NCBI GenBank assembly: GCA_965277715.1
Contig: OZ255836.1
Span: 2,496,001-2,560,000, forward strand
DNA length: 64,000 nucleotides
Direction of reading: 5' to 3'
Source: Gammaproteobacteria bacterium
GTDB taxonomy: Bacteria > Pseudomonadota > Gammaproteobacteria > JBCCGL01
Shown: in pieces, positions 20,690-31,140 of the stretch
How the letters are laid out: the number at the start of each line of letters is the position of its first letter
How positions within the stretch are numbered: position 1 is the first letter of the stretch
Notes under the pieces: generated by a model
Told to the model about the DNA's origin: nothing
Databases searched by the model: none
Seen by the model: only the letters and a program-made list of their open reading frames with translations
Position numbers and translations under genes: made by a program

Positions 20690-22240
20690 ATGACACAAAC
20701 CACCAAACGCCGTGGCGCAGCAAGACAGGCACGCCACGCCAAACACCGCGATACCCGACCGCCCAGTGCCATTTCGGCGGGGATGCCAGGCGGGGTGTTG
20801 CAGCCACTGACACAAGCTGAAATCGAGCGCATTCACCAGGCCAGCCTCGATGTGCTGGAAACGGTTGGCATGGGCGAGTGCGTGCCAGAGATGGTTGCGC
20901 TGGCCCAGGCGCGAGGGTGTTGGCTCAACCGCGAGGGCCGTTTGTGTTTTCCGCGTGGTTTTGTCGAGGAGATTATCGATGGCGCGGCAAAAGACATTAC
21001 CCTGCACGCACGCGGTGACGCCAATGACCTGAACCTGTCCTCGACGCGGGTGCACTACGGCACGGGCGGCGCGGCAGTCAAAATCCTCGATTTATACCAA
21101 CAACATTACCGCCCGGCACAGCTTGAAGACCTATACGACTTTGCGCGCCTGGCCGATGCGCTGGACAATATCCACTGGTTTACCCGCTGCGTAATCGCCA
21201 CCGAATACGAGGATATGCTGGCGCTCGATTTGAATACGGCCTACGCCATCGCGGCGGGTACGCACAAACACATCGGCACGGCCATTTCACTGGCTGAAAA
21301 CGTCGCCCCGGTGGTCGAGTTGTTCGATATGGTGGCCGGTGGTCCCGGTAAATTCCGCGAGCGCCCGTTTTGCAAAGTGCACAGCAGCCCGGTGGTCTCA
21401 CCGCTACGCTTTGGTGCAGACGGCGCCGAGGTATGCATCGCCGCGACCCGCGCCGGTATTCCTATCAATGGTATTACCGCGCCGCAGGCGGGCGCCACAG
21501 CCCCGGCGGCGATGGCGGGTACATTGGTACAAGCCAATGCCGAGTCACTGGCGATGCTGATTTTGGTGAATCTGGTGGTGCCGGGCCACCCGACGATTTT
21601 TAGTAGCTGGCCGTTTGTCTCTGACTTGCGCACCGGGGCATTTAGCGGCGGCGGTGGGGAGGAGGCGATTTTGAGCGCGGCGGCGGCGCAAGTCTCTAAC
21701 TTTTACGGTTTGCCTAGCGGGGTGGCAGCGGGCATGAGTGACTCAAAAATTCCCGATGTGCAGGCCGGGTTTGAAAAAGGCATTAGCACGGTTTTGGCGG
21801 GCTTGTCCGGTGCCAATATGGTCTACGAATCGGCGGGGATGCTGGGGAGCCTGCTCGGCGCCTCTTTCGAGAGCTTTGTGATTGACGATGAATCCCTGGG
21901 TATTGCGCTGCGCGCTGTGCGCGGTATCGAAGTCAACGATGAAACCCTGTCGCTCGATGTGATTAAACAGGCGGTCTACGGCCCCGGCCACTATCTGGGG
22001 GCGGAGCAGACCATTCAACTGATGACCAGTGAATACCTCTACCCCAAACTGAGTGACCGCTCAACCCCGGATGACTGGCAAGACAACGGCCAACCACAGA
22101 TGCGTGAGCGGGCCAATGCCCGCGCCAGGGAAATACTCGCCAGTCACTACCCGGAGACAATCAGCGCAGCAACCGACCAAAAAATCCGTGCACGGTTTTC
22201 CATCGACTTACCCCGTAGTAGAACACGTGCAAAGGCGTGA
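20690..22240 (+). CDS. MttB-superfamily (trimethylamine methyltransferase-like, non-pyrrolysine) corrinoid methyltransferase
   Basis: GATAPA..AG.L.Q.NAE.L, SDLRTGAF.GG..E, DSK.PD.QAG.EK, GPGHYLG..QT; no in-frame TAG. Confidence 0.9.
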   Translation: MTQTTKRRGAARQARHAKHRDTRPPSAISAGMPGGVLQPLTQAEIERIHQASLDVLETVGMGECVPEMVALAQARGCWLNREGRLCFPRGFVEEIIDGAAKDITLHARGDANDLNLSSTRVHYGTGGAAVKILDLYQQHYRPAQLEDLYDFARLADALDNIHWFTRCVIATEYEDMLALDLNTAYAIAAGTHKHIGTAISLAENVAPVVELFDMVAGGPGKFRERPFCKVHSSPVVSPLRFGADGAEVCIAATRAGIPINGITAPQAGATAPAAMAGTLVQANAESLAMLILVNLVVPGHPTIFSSWPFVSDLRTGAFSGGGGEEAILSAAAAQVSNFYGLPSGVAAGMSDSKIPDVQAGFEKGISTVLAGLSGANMVYESAGMLGSLLGASFESFVIDDESLGIALRAVRGIEVNDETLSLDVIKQAVYGPGHYLGAEQTIQLMTSEYLYPKLSDRSTPDDWQDNGQPQMRERANARAREILASHYPETISAATDQKIRARFSIDLPRSRTRAKA

Positions 22241-22357
22241 CAAAACACAACGCACTAATTGTGGTTTTCCCCCACCGCCATAAGTACTATCACCGTACTA
22301 CCAGCCGTACCACCAAAAGCAATCGATTTAAGACACCTTCTCAAACAGGCCCGTGTT

Positions 22358-23689
22358 ATGAGTACTCACCCACATTCGGTTTCCAACCCTAAAATCAACC
22401 CCACCAAAGGGGTCAAACCCGATGGTTCGCCAAACGACAATGACCGGGTAGAAACCGGCCCCACCGATCTGGCTTTTGACGAATGGGCCAAGCTTGGCCT
22501 GACTGCACCAAACCTGGAGCGTATGCGCAGCACCCGCCTCAAACGCCTGTGCGCCGAACTGCAAAAGCGCGACTACGCCGGTGCGCTGTTGTTTGATCCG
22601 CTGAACATCCGCTATGCCACGGACAGCTCCAATATGCAACTCTGGACGACGCACAACCCATCCCGTGCGGCGTTTATTTCAGCCGCTGGCCATGTCGTGT
22701 TATGGGATTTTCACGGCTGTGAACACCTGAGCAATTACCTGCCGCTGATCAACGAAGTGCGCCACGGCGCCGCAGGCTTTTTCTATTTTGCCGTGGGTGA
22801 TCAGGAGGCGCAGAAAGCCGCCGAGTTTGCCAAGCAAGTCGATGATTTGATGGCGCAGCACGGCGGGCGCAACCGCCGCCTGGCGGTAGATAAAATCGAG
22901 GTGGCCGGCGTGCACGCCCTGGAGCGGCTCGGCATTGAAATTGGCAGTGGCCAGGAAGTGTGTGAACATGCGCGTTTAATCAAGGGTGTCGATGAAATCA
23001 ACGCCATGAAGTGCGCCGTTGCCACCTGTGAAATTGCCATGCAGGCGATGGAGGACACACTGCAACCGGGCATGAGTGAAAATGAACTGTGGGCTGTATT
23101 GCACGCCGAGAACATCAAACGCGGTGGCGAGTGGATTGAAACGCGCATACTAAACTCTGGCCCGCGCAGTAACCCGTGGATGCAGGAGTGTGGCCCACGC
23201 AAGATCCAGGCAGGCGATATCCTGGCCTACGACACCGACCTGATTGGCCCCTATGGCATGTGCTCAGACTTATCGCGCACCTGGGTATGCGGTGACGGCA
23301 AAGCCAGCGATGAGCAGCGCAAGCTGTACCAGGTGGCCTATGAGCACATTCAAACCAACCGCGAACTGTTGAAGCCCGGCAACAGCTTTGATGACCTGAC
23401 ATTTAAAGGCCACCAACTGCCAGAGGAGTACCTTGAATTACGCTACGGTGTGCGTTTTCACGGCGTGGGCTTGTGTGATGAGTTTCCGGCTATCTTCTAC
23501 CCGCAGGACTATATCGACGGCGCCTTCGACTACGCGCTGGAACCCGGCATGATGCTGTGCGTGGAGGCTTATATTGGTGCGGTGGGGGGCCGCGAGGGCA
23601 TCAAGCTCGAAGACCAGGTACTGATTACCGAAACGGGGTATGAAAACCTGTCTCACTACCGATTTGATGAACGTTTGTTGGCATGTTGA
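22358..23689 (+). CDS. dddP: DMSP lyase DddP (M24 metallopeptidase fold)
   Basis: PDGSPNDNDRVETGPT.LAF.EW, FDPLNIRYATDSSNMQLW..HN, GGEWIETR, DTDLIG.YG.C.D.SR, HGVGLCDE. Confidence 0.85.
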   Translation: MSTHPHSVSNPKINPTKGVKPDGSPNDNDRVETGPTDLAFDEWAKLGLTAPNLERMRSTRLKRLCAELQKRDYAGALLFDPLNIRYATDSSNMQLWTTHNPSRAAFISAAGHVVLWDFHGCEHLSNYLPLINEVRHGAAGFFYFAVGDQEAQKAAEFAKQVDDLMAQHGGRNRRLAVDKIEVAGVHALERLGIEIGSGQEVCEHARLIKGVDEINAMKCAVATCEIAMQAMEDTLQPGMSENELWAVLHAENIKRGGEWIETRILNSGPRSNPWMQECGPRKIQAGDILAYDTDLIGPYGMCSDLSRTWVCGDGKASDEQRKLYQVAYEHIQTNRELLKPGNSFDDLTFKGHQLPEEYLELRYGVRFHGVGLCDEFPAIFYPQDYIDGAFDYALEPGMMLCVEAYIGAVGGREGIKLEDQVLITETGYENLSHYRFDERLLAC

Positions 23690-23707
23690 GCACTGCGTGT
23701 TACCTAC

Positions 23708-25036
23708 TCAGGTTGATGTATAGGTATTCCACAACACCGGCCAATGCCTGATAAGGTAAAAAGGCAGAGATAATACCGGGGACTCAGCGGATAACGGCGA
23801 AGAGGCTATTTTTATCCCCCAGACCTGCCGCTTCTCTGCCAAAAACAAATGCAGGCTTTTTAAACGGCCTGTCTTGCCCGCCTTTACTTCGATGGGCACC
23901 ACCGCCGCCTCGTGTTGACAGACATAATCCAGCTCTGCATTGCTGTTTTTTGCTTCCCGCGCCCAGTAGTAGAGCGCAGGCTTTGTGTAAAAATCCTGAT
24001 GGGCGATTAATTCCTGCCCCACCAGTTGCTCCATTAGCGCCCCCTGATAAATACGCATCAGGTCTTTTTGCTGGATAATTTCTGATGCCAGACCACATAA
24101 ATTCTGCATCAAGCCAACATCCAGAAACAGTACCTTGAAATAGCGCTCGTTCGCATTGGCAGCCAACGGCAGGCCATCCGCCGATGTGCGAACGACCTTG
24201 TGATAAACCCCCGCCATGACCAACCATTCCAGTGCTTGTTTAATATCTCTTGAAAGTGTGTCTGGGTCTATCTTGCTGTATTTGAATTTACTGCCTATCT
24301 GTTTAACCGCTGACTGAAATACTTTACCTATATGCGCCTGCTGGGTGTAGCGAGCGTATTTATTGAAGTCATCCTGGTAGGTTTGCAGCAAGGCGGTTTG
24401 GATGCGCCGACAGCGCTCATAGTTGCCGGAGTCGCGGTATTCCCGCACCACTTCCGGCATACCACCTATCAGCAGATATTGCTTTACCCAGCCCAGCATT
24501 TTTTGGTGTATTTCAGGATTGGAAAACAGTGCGGGGTCAGTGGCGAACGCATCAATACTGGCCTCCTGACCCATAGCCAACATAAATTCTTCAAAGCTCA
24601 TGGGCTTCATATAAAGGTATTGGATACGCCCCACCGGCATGGAGATACCGGCGGCATTTAGCGTTAATTCCAATAAAGAGCCCGCCCCGATCACATGTAA
24701 ACCGGGCATTTCCTCATGGAAGTAACGCAGCGCCGCTATCGCCTGGGGGCATAGTTGGATTTCATCGATAAATAACAGGGTTTTTCCCGGTACAATCGAT
24801 TGACCGGTCAGTATTTGTATTTTATTGATGATGTCTATTGGGTTCAGCGTACTAAAAGCGCTGGACAACGCGGTATCCACTTCCAGATTAATCGCCACGA
24901 CATTGCTGAACTTTTCCCGGCCAAATTGAGTGATTGTGTAAGTTTTGCCAATCTGGCGTGCGCCCCTGATTAATAGCGGTTTGTGGTGCGTCTGTGTACA
25001 CCACTCACTCAAACCCGATTCAATCGTGCGCTTCAC
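23708..25036 (-). CDS. AAA_14 ATPase with C-terminal DUF4143 (PD-(D/E)xK-like) domain
   Basis: GARQIGKT, FIDEIQ, GAGSLL, GGMPE, ELDYV...PIEVKAG. Confidence 0.9.
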   Translation of the reverse strand: MKRTIESGLSEWCTQTHHKPLLIRGARQIGKTYTITQFGREKFSNVVAINLEVDTALSSAFSTLNPIDIINKIQILTGQSIVPGKTLLFIDEIQLCPQAIAALRYFHEEMPGLHVIGAGSLLELTLNAAGISMPVGRIQYLYMKPMSFEEFMLAMGQEASIDAFATDPALFSNPEIHQKMLGWVKQYLLIGGMPEVVREYRDSGNYERCRRIQTALLQTYQDDFNKYARYTQQAHIGKVFQSAVKQIGSKFKYSKIDPDTLSRDIKQALEWLVMAGVYHKVVRTSADGLPLAANANERYFKVLFLDVGLMQNLCGLASEIIQQKDLMRIYQGALMEQLVGQELIAHQDFYTKPALYYWAREAKNSNAELDYVCQHEAAVVPIEVKAGKTGRLKSLHLFLAEKRQVWGIKIASSPLSAESPVLSLPFYLIRHWPVLWNTYTST

Positions 25037-25132
25037 AGTAGTTAGCCAGTGTCAGAATTGTTAAAAATACAAGGTAATATTGGACATATTTTGTCCAAAA
25101 TACAAGGTTATTTTAAACAACTCAACAACTCA

Positions 25133-25633
25133 TCAACCACAACACTTCTTATATTTCTTGCCACTCCCACACGGGCAGGGGTCATTTCTACCCACTTTAG
25201 GTGCGTCTCTGCGTACCTGGGTAATCTCTGGCACTTGTGCATCACGAAACCGCCATTCGCCATTGACCTTGTTAAATAAGCTCACCTCGTGGTGCCGGTG
25301 CCGCTCACCACTGCGGTCACGGTAGTTGGCGATAAATTCCACCTCACCGGCTTTATCTTCTGCACCGCCCTGCTTCGTGCGCAGTATTTCCAAACTTAGC
25401 CATTCAGACTCCTCTGCCCAGCGGCGTGTGCCCTCCCGGTTAATGTCGTCCGCCGAATCCGGGTAGTGTGTATTGACGATAAAATCGATGTCTGCAAGGG
25501 TGTGGGCGGTGTAGCGTGCGCGCATCATCTGCTCAGCCGTTTCGGGCATTTGCTCGCCACTGATATACGGTTCGCAACACGCCGAATAAGGATTTCCTGA
25601 TGTGCAAGGGCAGTGATTGGCAGGCTGACTCAT
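25133..25633 (-). CDS. YchJ family protein with N- and C-terminal SEC-C motifs
   Basis: [43 protein letters not shown]. Confidence 0.92.
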   Translation of the reverse strand: MSQPANHCPCTSGNPYSACCEPYISGEQMPETAEQMMRARYTAHTLADIDFIVNTHYPDSADDINREGTRRWAEESEWLSLEILRTKQGGAEDKAGEVEFIANYRDRSGERHRHHEVSLFNKVNGEWRFRDAQVPEITQVRRDAPKVGRNDPCPCGSGKKYKKCCG

Positions 25634-25989
25634 AAATGGGTTTCCGGTGGAGAGAGTGGGTTGGTTTTCAGGGTTTGATCAATATGCTGGCGAATCGCCG
25701 CTTCCTTTTGCGTGAGTATATGGCTGTTTAACCGCTGGATTAAATCGGTATAGCCCGCTTTTTGATTGAAGTGCTGCCAGGTCAGATTAAAGGCGATTTT
25801 ACGCAGACTGCGAAACAATAAATAGCCCATACTGGCCAGCACTACCGCGCCCAGTGTCTGCCCAAGCGTCCATACGTACCAGGCAACGCCGTAGCTGGCA
25901 AACGCGGCAATGACGATAACCACACAAATGCGTCGGCTAAAACGGATGATGTCGCCCAAATAATCGTGGCCAACCTCAGCGCCCGTCAA
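25630..25989 (-). CDS. Hypothetical membrane protein (2 TM)
   Basis: ORF overlaps both neighbours by 4 bp; two hydrophobic segments. Confidence 0.65.
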   Translation of the reverse strand: MTGAEVGHDYLGDIIRFSRRICVVIVIAAFASYGVAWYVWTLGQTLGAVVLASMGYLLFRSLRKIAFNLTWQHFNQKAGYTDLIQRLNSHILTQKEAAIRQHIDQTLKTNPLSPPETHL

Positions 25990-26321
25990 TGTACAGTACC
26001 GGGTATATCGGCCGGGCTATCGACCAGGATATTTAAGTGTACCCGCACTAAGCGGGTACCCAGCATCACGGCATAGCCGGTTTCACGCTGGTGGCCGTTG
26101 CAGCTAAATTCAAAACCATACAGGCGCGCTATATGCATCTGGCCGCGCTCATCGCGCTGTAGTTTCATCTGTTGCAGCATCACCGTCTGATCGAGAAACT
26201 GCACATCGCGGCGCTGACAGGCGGTGATAGCGGCCTCGACAGCGACCTCGCGTGCACGGGTGGCGCCCCACCAAAACCAGGCGATGGCGGCGAGCACAAT
26301 TATGGGCAATAATTCGATCAT
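25986..26321 (-). CDS. DUF3301 domain protein
   Basis: N-terminal TM, ARE.A......C....VQFLDQTV, Y.FEFS..G..R..G. Confidence 0.82.
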   Translation of the reverse strand: MIELLPIIVLAAIAWFWWGATRAREVAVEAAITACQRRDVQFLDQTVMLQQMKLQRDERGQMHIARLYGFEFSCNGHQRETGYAVMLGTRLVRVHLNILVDSPADIPGTVH

Positions 26322-26385
26322 TTAAGCGGTAGCTGTGATACGTAAATAGCCGATATAATACCGCGTAAACCATGAGGAATTCACG

Positions 26386-26682
26386 ATGGATGATAAAATC
26401 CGCACCGAACTTGAAGCCGCCGCCTTTCGCACACTGGTCGACCATTTGCGCGAACGCACCGATGTACAAAACATCGACCTGATGAATCTCGCCAATTTTT
26501 GCCGTAACTGCCTGTCGAAGTGGTACAAATCCGCCGCCGAGGAGCGCGGGCTGGACATGGACTACGAGCAGGCGCGTGAAGTGATTTACGGTATGCCCTA
26601 CGCACAATGGAAAGAACAGTACCAACTGGAAGCCACGCCGGAACAACTGGCCAAATATGCTGAAAACCATTCCCACACATAG
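26386..26682 (+). CDS. DUF1244 domain protein
   Basis: ELEAAAFR.LV.HLR.R.DVQNIDLMNLA.FCRNCLSKWY...YGMPY..WK..YQ. Confidence 0.9.
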   Translation: MDDKIRTELEAAAFRTLVDHLRERTDVQNIDLMNLANFCRNCLSKWYKSAAEERGLDMDYEQAREVIYGMPYAQWKEQYQLEATPEQLAKYAENHSHT

Positions 26683-26804
26683 GCAGGCTTGCCTGCATCG
26701 CACGCTCAAGGGCAAGCCAAATAAATTATTTTCAGACAATATTTTTCAAAAAATGTCAAGAACTCGTCTAAACTCCTGATAATCTGAACAGTTCGTACCT
26801 TGGT

Positions 26805-26963
26805 TTAGAGTGTGCTGGAAAGCGTTGCGAGCGAAGGTGAGGCAGGGCGGAAATTGACAAAAAATCGCAGTTTACACGCACTAAATGAGTATTTTTTGCC
26901 AGTTTTCAACGCCGTATCACCGAGCGCTGTACGACCGAAAGCAATCGTTTTGCGGTGCCCTCT
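26805..26963. repeat. ~160-bp structured intergenic element (MITE/REP-like)
   Basis: Imperfect terminal IRs (AGAGTGTGCTG / CGGTGCCCTCT) and nested internal pairing (GACAAAAAAT..GTTTAC..CTAAAT..ATTTTTTGCC). Single copy in the window. Confidence 0.4.
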
Positions 26964-27154
26964 TTATGTTGGCGAATAGTATTTTTTGGGCAAATTGTGT
27001 ACAGTACGCACCCTGCGAGCATCGGCTCATACCTCACCTAACGTATTGCATTTAAACAATAACGTGTACTACTCACCCCGCCAATTACCTTTTTCCAGAC
27101 TATTTCAGTACAAACTGCCGTTTGTTGTAACCCACTACAGGGGAATATTGCCTG

Positions 27155-28192
27155 ATGTCTGTTATCAAAATTACTGAACTGTTGGGTGATGGCATTGGCC
27201 CGGAGCTTGGTGCATCGATTCACCGGGTCGCCGGGGCATTGCCGGTCGATTTCGATTTCATACCGATTGACTGGTCACTGGAAACCCGCGAGCGCGATGG
27301 CGAGCTGGCCATCGACCGCGCCGAGGCGTCGATGCGCGCCACCAAACTGGCGATCAAATACCCCACCGCGACCGTCAGCCGTAGCCCCAACGCACTGATT
27401 CGCCGCCGCTGTGACTTTAGTGTCATCTACCGCCCCGCCATATCGATTAAGGGCATCGATTCCAATTTCAAGGAAAACGTAAACCTGCATATCGTGCGCA
27501 TCGCCACTGGCGGTACTTACGATGACCCCGGTCAGCTTATCGGTAAAAATACCGCCGTTTCGCTGCGCATGGTAGAGCGGGAGCCGTGTACACAGGCGGC
27601 ACACTTTGCCTTTAATCTGGCGCGTAAAAAAGGCCGCACGTACGGCAGTGACAATTACACCATGACCTCCTCATCGAAACACACAGTACAGAAGGTCACT
27701 GATGGCCTGTTCGAGTCGGTGGTCAAAGAAGTACACCAGCAACACCGCGATGTCACACACAATACCGAATTGTTCGACGCGCTACTGGCAAAAATCATCA
27801 TTGCACCAGACCAGTTCGAGGTGGTGTTGGTGCTCAACGAATACGGTGACTTTTTATCGGATATGGCCTCGGGCCTGGTCGGTAGCCTCGGTACGGGCGC
27901 CAGTGGCAACTATTCCTTTGATGCCGATAACCAGGTGGATATTGCGATGTTTGACCCGGCGGGCGGCACAGCTCCGGATATTGCCGGTAACAACGTGTGC
28001 AACCCCTCGGCCGTATTATTGTCGTTTGGTATGTTGCTCGATCATGTCGACCGCTATGATCTCGGCCACGCATTGCGCTTGAGCCTGCTGGGCGCCATCG
28101 AGCGGGGTGAATGCACCCGCGACCTCGGCGGCAAGCTGAATACCGATGAATTCACGCAGGTCGTCATTGATCACCTTCCCGATTATTTATAA
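27155..28192 (+). CDS. Isocitrate/isopropylmalate dehydrogenase family protein, probably NAD-type isocitrate dehydrogenase
   Basis: GDGIGPE, RSPNALIR (IDH-like S-x-N-x-x-x-R), NEYGDFLSD, GTAPDIAG; directly upstream of sucA. Confidence 0.78.
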   Translation: MSVIKITELLGDGIGPELGASIHRVAGALPVDFDFIPIDWSLETRERDGELAIDRAEASMRATKLAIKYPTATVSRSPNALIRRRCDFSVIYRPAISIKGIDSNFKENVNLHIVRIATGGTYDDPGQLIGKNTAVSLRMVEREPCTQAAHFAFNLARKKGRTYGSDNYTMTSSSKHTVQKVTDGLFESVVKEVHQQHRDVTHNTELFDALLAKIIIAPDQFEVVLVLNEYGDFLSDMASGLVGSLGTGASGNYSFDADNQVDIAMFDPAGGTAPDIAGNNVCNPSAVLLSFGMLLDHVDRYDLGHALRLSLLGAIERGECTRDLGGKLNTDEFTQVVIDHLPDYL

Positions 28193-28248
28193 GCTGAACC
28201 CGCCTATACCTAATTAACCCAATCAACCCGACAGGACATCATATCGCC

Positions 28249-31098
28249 ATGATGAAAACACTGCTCAGCACCTCGCTGCTAGACGGTGGAAACGTTATCT
28301 ACCTGGAACAACAGTACGAACAGTTTTTGCGCGACCCCAATGCGGTGACACCGGAGTGGCGCAATTACTTTGAAAAACTGCCCGTGGTCGACGGCGTTAG
28401 CGCACAGGATATTCCGCACTCAGAGGTGCGCCAACACTTTTACCACCTCACCCGCAACAAAGGCCAACGACCCGCCAGTACGGCGGCCGATGTATCGATT
28501 GAGCACGAGCGCAAACAGGTACGCGTTCAGGAGCTGATCGCCAGTTACCGCATGCGTGGCCACCAGCTCGCCCGCCTCGACCCACTCAACCGGGCGCCAT
28601 TGCCGGTGGTGCGTGAAGTCGAGCTGCGTGAAAATGGCCTCAGCCCCGCTGATCTGGACACAGTATTTCGCACCGGCTCGCTGTACGGCGCAGACAGTGC
28701 CCCCCTGCGTGACATTATCGAGCAACTGCAGCAAACCTACTGCGGTAGTGTTGGCAGCGAATACATGCACCTGCCGCATACCACGCAAAAATTGTGGTTG
28801 CAGCAACGCCTGGAAAGCGTTAACGCAAAGCCGCAGCAATCGCCACAAACGCGGCGGTGGATTTTGCAGCGGCTCACCGCCGCTGAAGGTATCGAGCGCT
28901 ATCTCCACTCAAAATACGTCGGTCAAAAGCGCTTCTCGCTGGAGGGTGGCGAAGGCTTGATTCTAATTATGAGCGAGCTGGTAAAACGCGCCGGTGATGC
29001 CGGTGTGCGCGAGATGATTATCGGCATGGCACACCGTGGCAGGCTCAATTTACTGGTCAATATTCTCGGCAAAAAACCCGCCGATCTGTTCTCTGAATTT
29101 GAAGGCAAACGCAATACCCTGCCAAAGGCATCCCTGTCATCGGGTGATGTAAAATACCACCAGGGGTTTTCCTCAGACATAAAAACCACCAGCGGCCAAA
29201 TGCACCTGGCGCTGGCGTTTAACCCATCGCACCTGGAGATTGTATCGCCCGTCGTCGAAGGGTCGACCCGCTCGCGACAGGATCGCCATAGCGATACCGA
29301 TGGCAACCGCATCATACCCATTGCCATTCACGGTGATGCCGCTTTTGCCGGTCAGGGTGTGGTGATGGAAACCTTTAATATGGCCGATTCGCGGGGTTAC
29401 TCGACCAAAGGCACCCTACATATTATCGTCAATAATCAGATTGGTTTTACCACCAGCAACAAACTGGATACGCGCTCAACCATTTACAGCAGCGATGTGG
29501 CAAAAATGATTAACGCGCCGATTTTCCACGTCAACGGTGACGACCCGGAAGCGGTTTACTACGTGACCCAGTTGGCGCTCGACTTTCGTATGCAGTTTAA
29601 AAAAGACGTGATCATCGACCTGGTCTGTTACCGCCGCCACGGCCATAACGAGGCCGACGAGCCGTCCGCCACCCAGCCGATGATGTACCAGGCGATCAAG
29701 AAACTACCCACCACCCGCAAGTTATACGCCGACCATTTGATCGCCGGGCAGGTCGTTACAGCCACTGAGCCGGATACCCTGGTGGCAGAGTTTCGCGATG
29801 AGCTCGACGCCGGTCACTGCGTGGCGGAAAACATCCTCGAAGACGCCCAACTTGGCAACGAGCACACCGTCAACTGGCAGCCTTTCCTGCACAAAGAGTG
29901 GCGCGAACCCGGTGATACCCGCATCACCGCGACCACGCTACGCGCACTGTCAGATAAATTGACCACCCTGCCCGATGGCCTGGCACTGCATTCCCGGGTG
30001 AAAAAAATTGTCGATGACCGCCGCAAAATGGCGGCGGGTGCACAGCCGTTTGACTGGGGTGGAGCCGAGACACTCGCCTACGCCACCCTGCTCAACGACG
30101 GCTATGCGGTGCGCTTGTCGGGTCAGGATTGTGGTCGTGGCACCTTTTTTCACCGGCACGCGGTATTGCACAACCAAAAAGATGGCACGAGCTATGTGCC
30201 GCTGCGCAATCTTGCCGCTGATCAGCCTAACTTCCTGGTAATCGATTCCGTCTTGTCTGAGGAGGCGGTGCTGGGCTTTGAATACGGCTACGCCACCGCA
30301 GACCCCAATACCCTGGTGATTTGGGAGGCGCAGTTCGGTGACTTTGCCAATGGCGCCCAGGTCGTGATCGACCAGTTTATCAGCTCGGGGGAGACCAAAT
30401 GGAGCCGCCTGTGTGGGCTGACACTATTGCTGCCACACGGCTACGAAGGCCAGGGGCCAGAACACTCCTCGGCGCGCCTGGAGCGCTACCTGCAACTGTG
30501 CGCCGAAGACAATATGCAAGTGTGTGTACCCAGTACCCCGGCACAGGTTTACCATATGCTGCGTCGCCAAATGGTGCGACCGCTGCGCCGCCCACTGATC
30601 GTTATGTCACCGAAAAGCCTGCTTCGCCACAAGCTGGCGGTCTCCTCGCTCGATGAGCTGGCAGACGGTGCGTTTTACCCGGTAATCGACGAGATCGATC
30701 CCCTCACCCCAGATACAGTGGAGCGGGTTGTCGTGTGTAGCGGCAAGGTGTTTTACGATCTGATCGAACGTCGCCGGGCCGCTGAAATTGACACCGTTGC
30801 TATCGTCCGGCTGGAACAGATCTACCCGTTTCCCTACCCTGAAACCGAGGGTATCCTGGCGCGTTACAGTAACGCCAAACAAGTGGTTTGGTGCCAGGAG
30901 GAACCGCGCAACCAAGGCGCGTGGCGCTCCAACAAACACCGTATCGACCGGGTTTTGGGCAGCCAGCAGACACTCGAATACGCCGGCCGTGGCCCATCCG
31001 CCTCCACGGCGGTCGGCTACGCCAATTTACACCTACAAGAGCAGGCCAAACTGGTCGATGAAGCACTTGGCCTAACACCCAACAGTCAGCAAGATTAA
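28249..31098 (+). CDS. sucA: 2-oxoglutarate dehydrogenase E1
   Basis: KRFSLEG, GMAHRGRLN, HGDAAFAGQG, LWEAQFGDF-type motif, PEHSSARLER. Confidence 0.98.
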   Translation: MMKTLLSTSLLDGGNVIYLEQQYEQFLRDPNAVTPEWRNYFEKLPVVDGVSAQDIPHSEVRQHFYHLTRNKGQRPASTAADVSIEHERKQVRVQELIASYRMRGHQLARLDPLNRAPLPVVREVELRENGLSPADLDTVFRTGSLYGADSAPLRDIIEQLQQTYCGSVGSEYMHLPHTTQKLWLQQRLESVNAKPQQSPQTRRWILQRLTAAEGIERYLHSKYVGQKRFSLEGGEGLILIMSELVKRAGDAGVREMIIGMAHRGRLNLLVNILGKKPADLFSEFEGKRNTLPKASLSSGDVKYHQGFSSDIKTTSGQMHLALAFNPSHLEIVSPVVEGSTRSRQDRHSDTDGNRIIPIAIHGDAAFAGQGVVMETFNMADSRGYSTKGTLHIIVNNQIGFTTSNKLDTRSTIYSSDVAKMINAPIFHVNGDDPEAVYYVTQLALDFRMQFKKDVIIDLVCYRRHGHNEADEPSATQPMMYQAIKKLPTTRKLYADHLIAGQVVTATEPDTLVAEFRDELDAGHCVAENILEDAQLGNEHTVNWQPFLHKEWREPGDTRITATTLRALSDKLTTLPDGLALHSRVKKIVDDRRKMAAGAQPFDWGGAETLAYATLLNDGYAVRLSGQDCGRGTFFHRHAVLHNQKDGTSYVPLRNLAADQPNFLVIDSVLSEEAVLGFEYGYATADPNTLVIWEAQFGDFANGAQVVIDQFISSGETKWSRLCGLTLLLPHGYEGQGPEHSSARLERYLQLCAEDNMQVCVPSTPAQVYHMLRRQMVRPLRRPLIVMSPKSLLRHKLAVSSLDELADGAFYPVIDEIDPLTPDTVERVVVCSGKVFYDLIERRRAAEIDTVAIVRLEQIYPFPYPETEGILARYSNAKQVVWCQEEPRNQGAWRSNKHRIDRVLGSQQTLEYAGRGPSASTAVGYANLHLQEQAKLVDEALGLTPNSQQD

Positions 31099-31140
31099 CC
31101 AGGTTAATACAACCGTCAGCAAAACACAGGAAACCGACAC

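Noticed and set aside
20690-22240. Pyrrolysine recoding in the MttB gene
   Set aside because: The ORF is uninterrupted, with no in-frame TAG and no pyl genes in the window.
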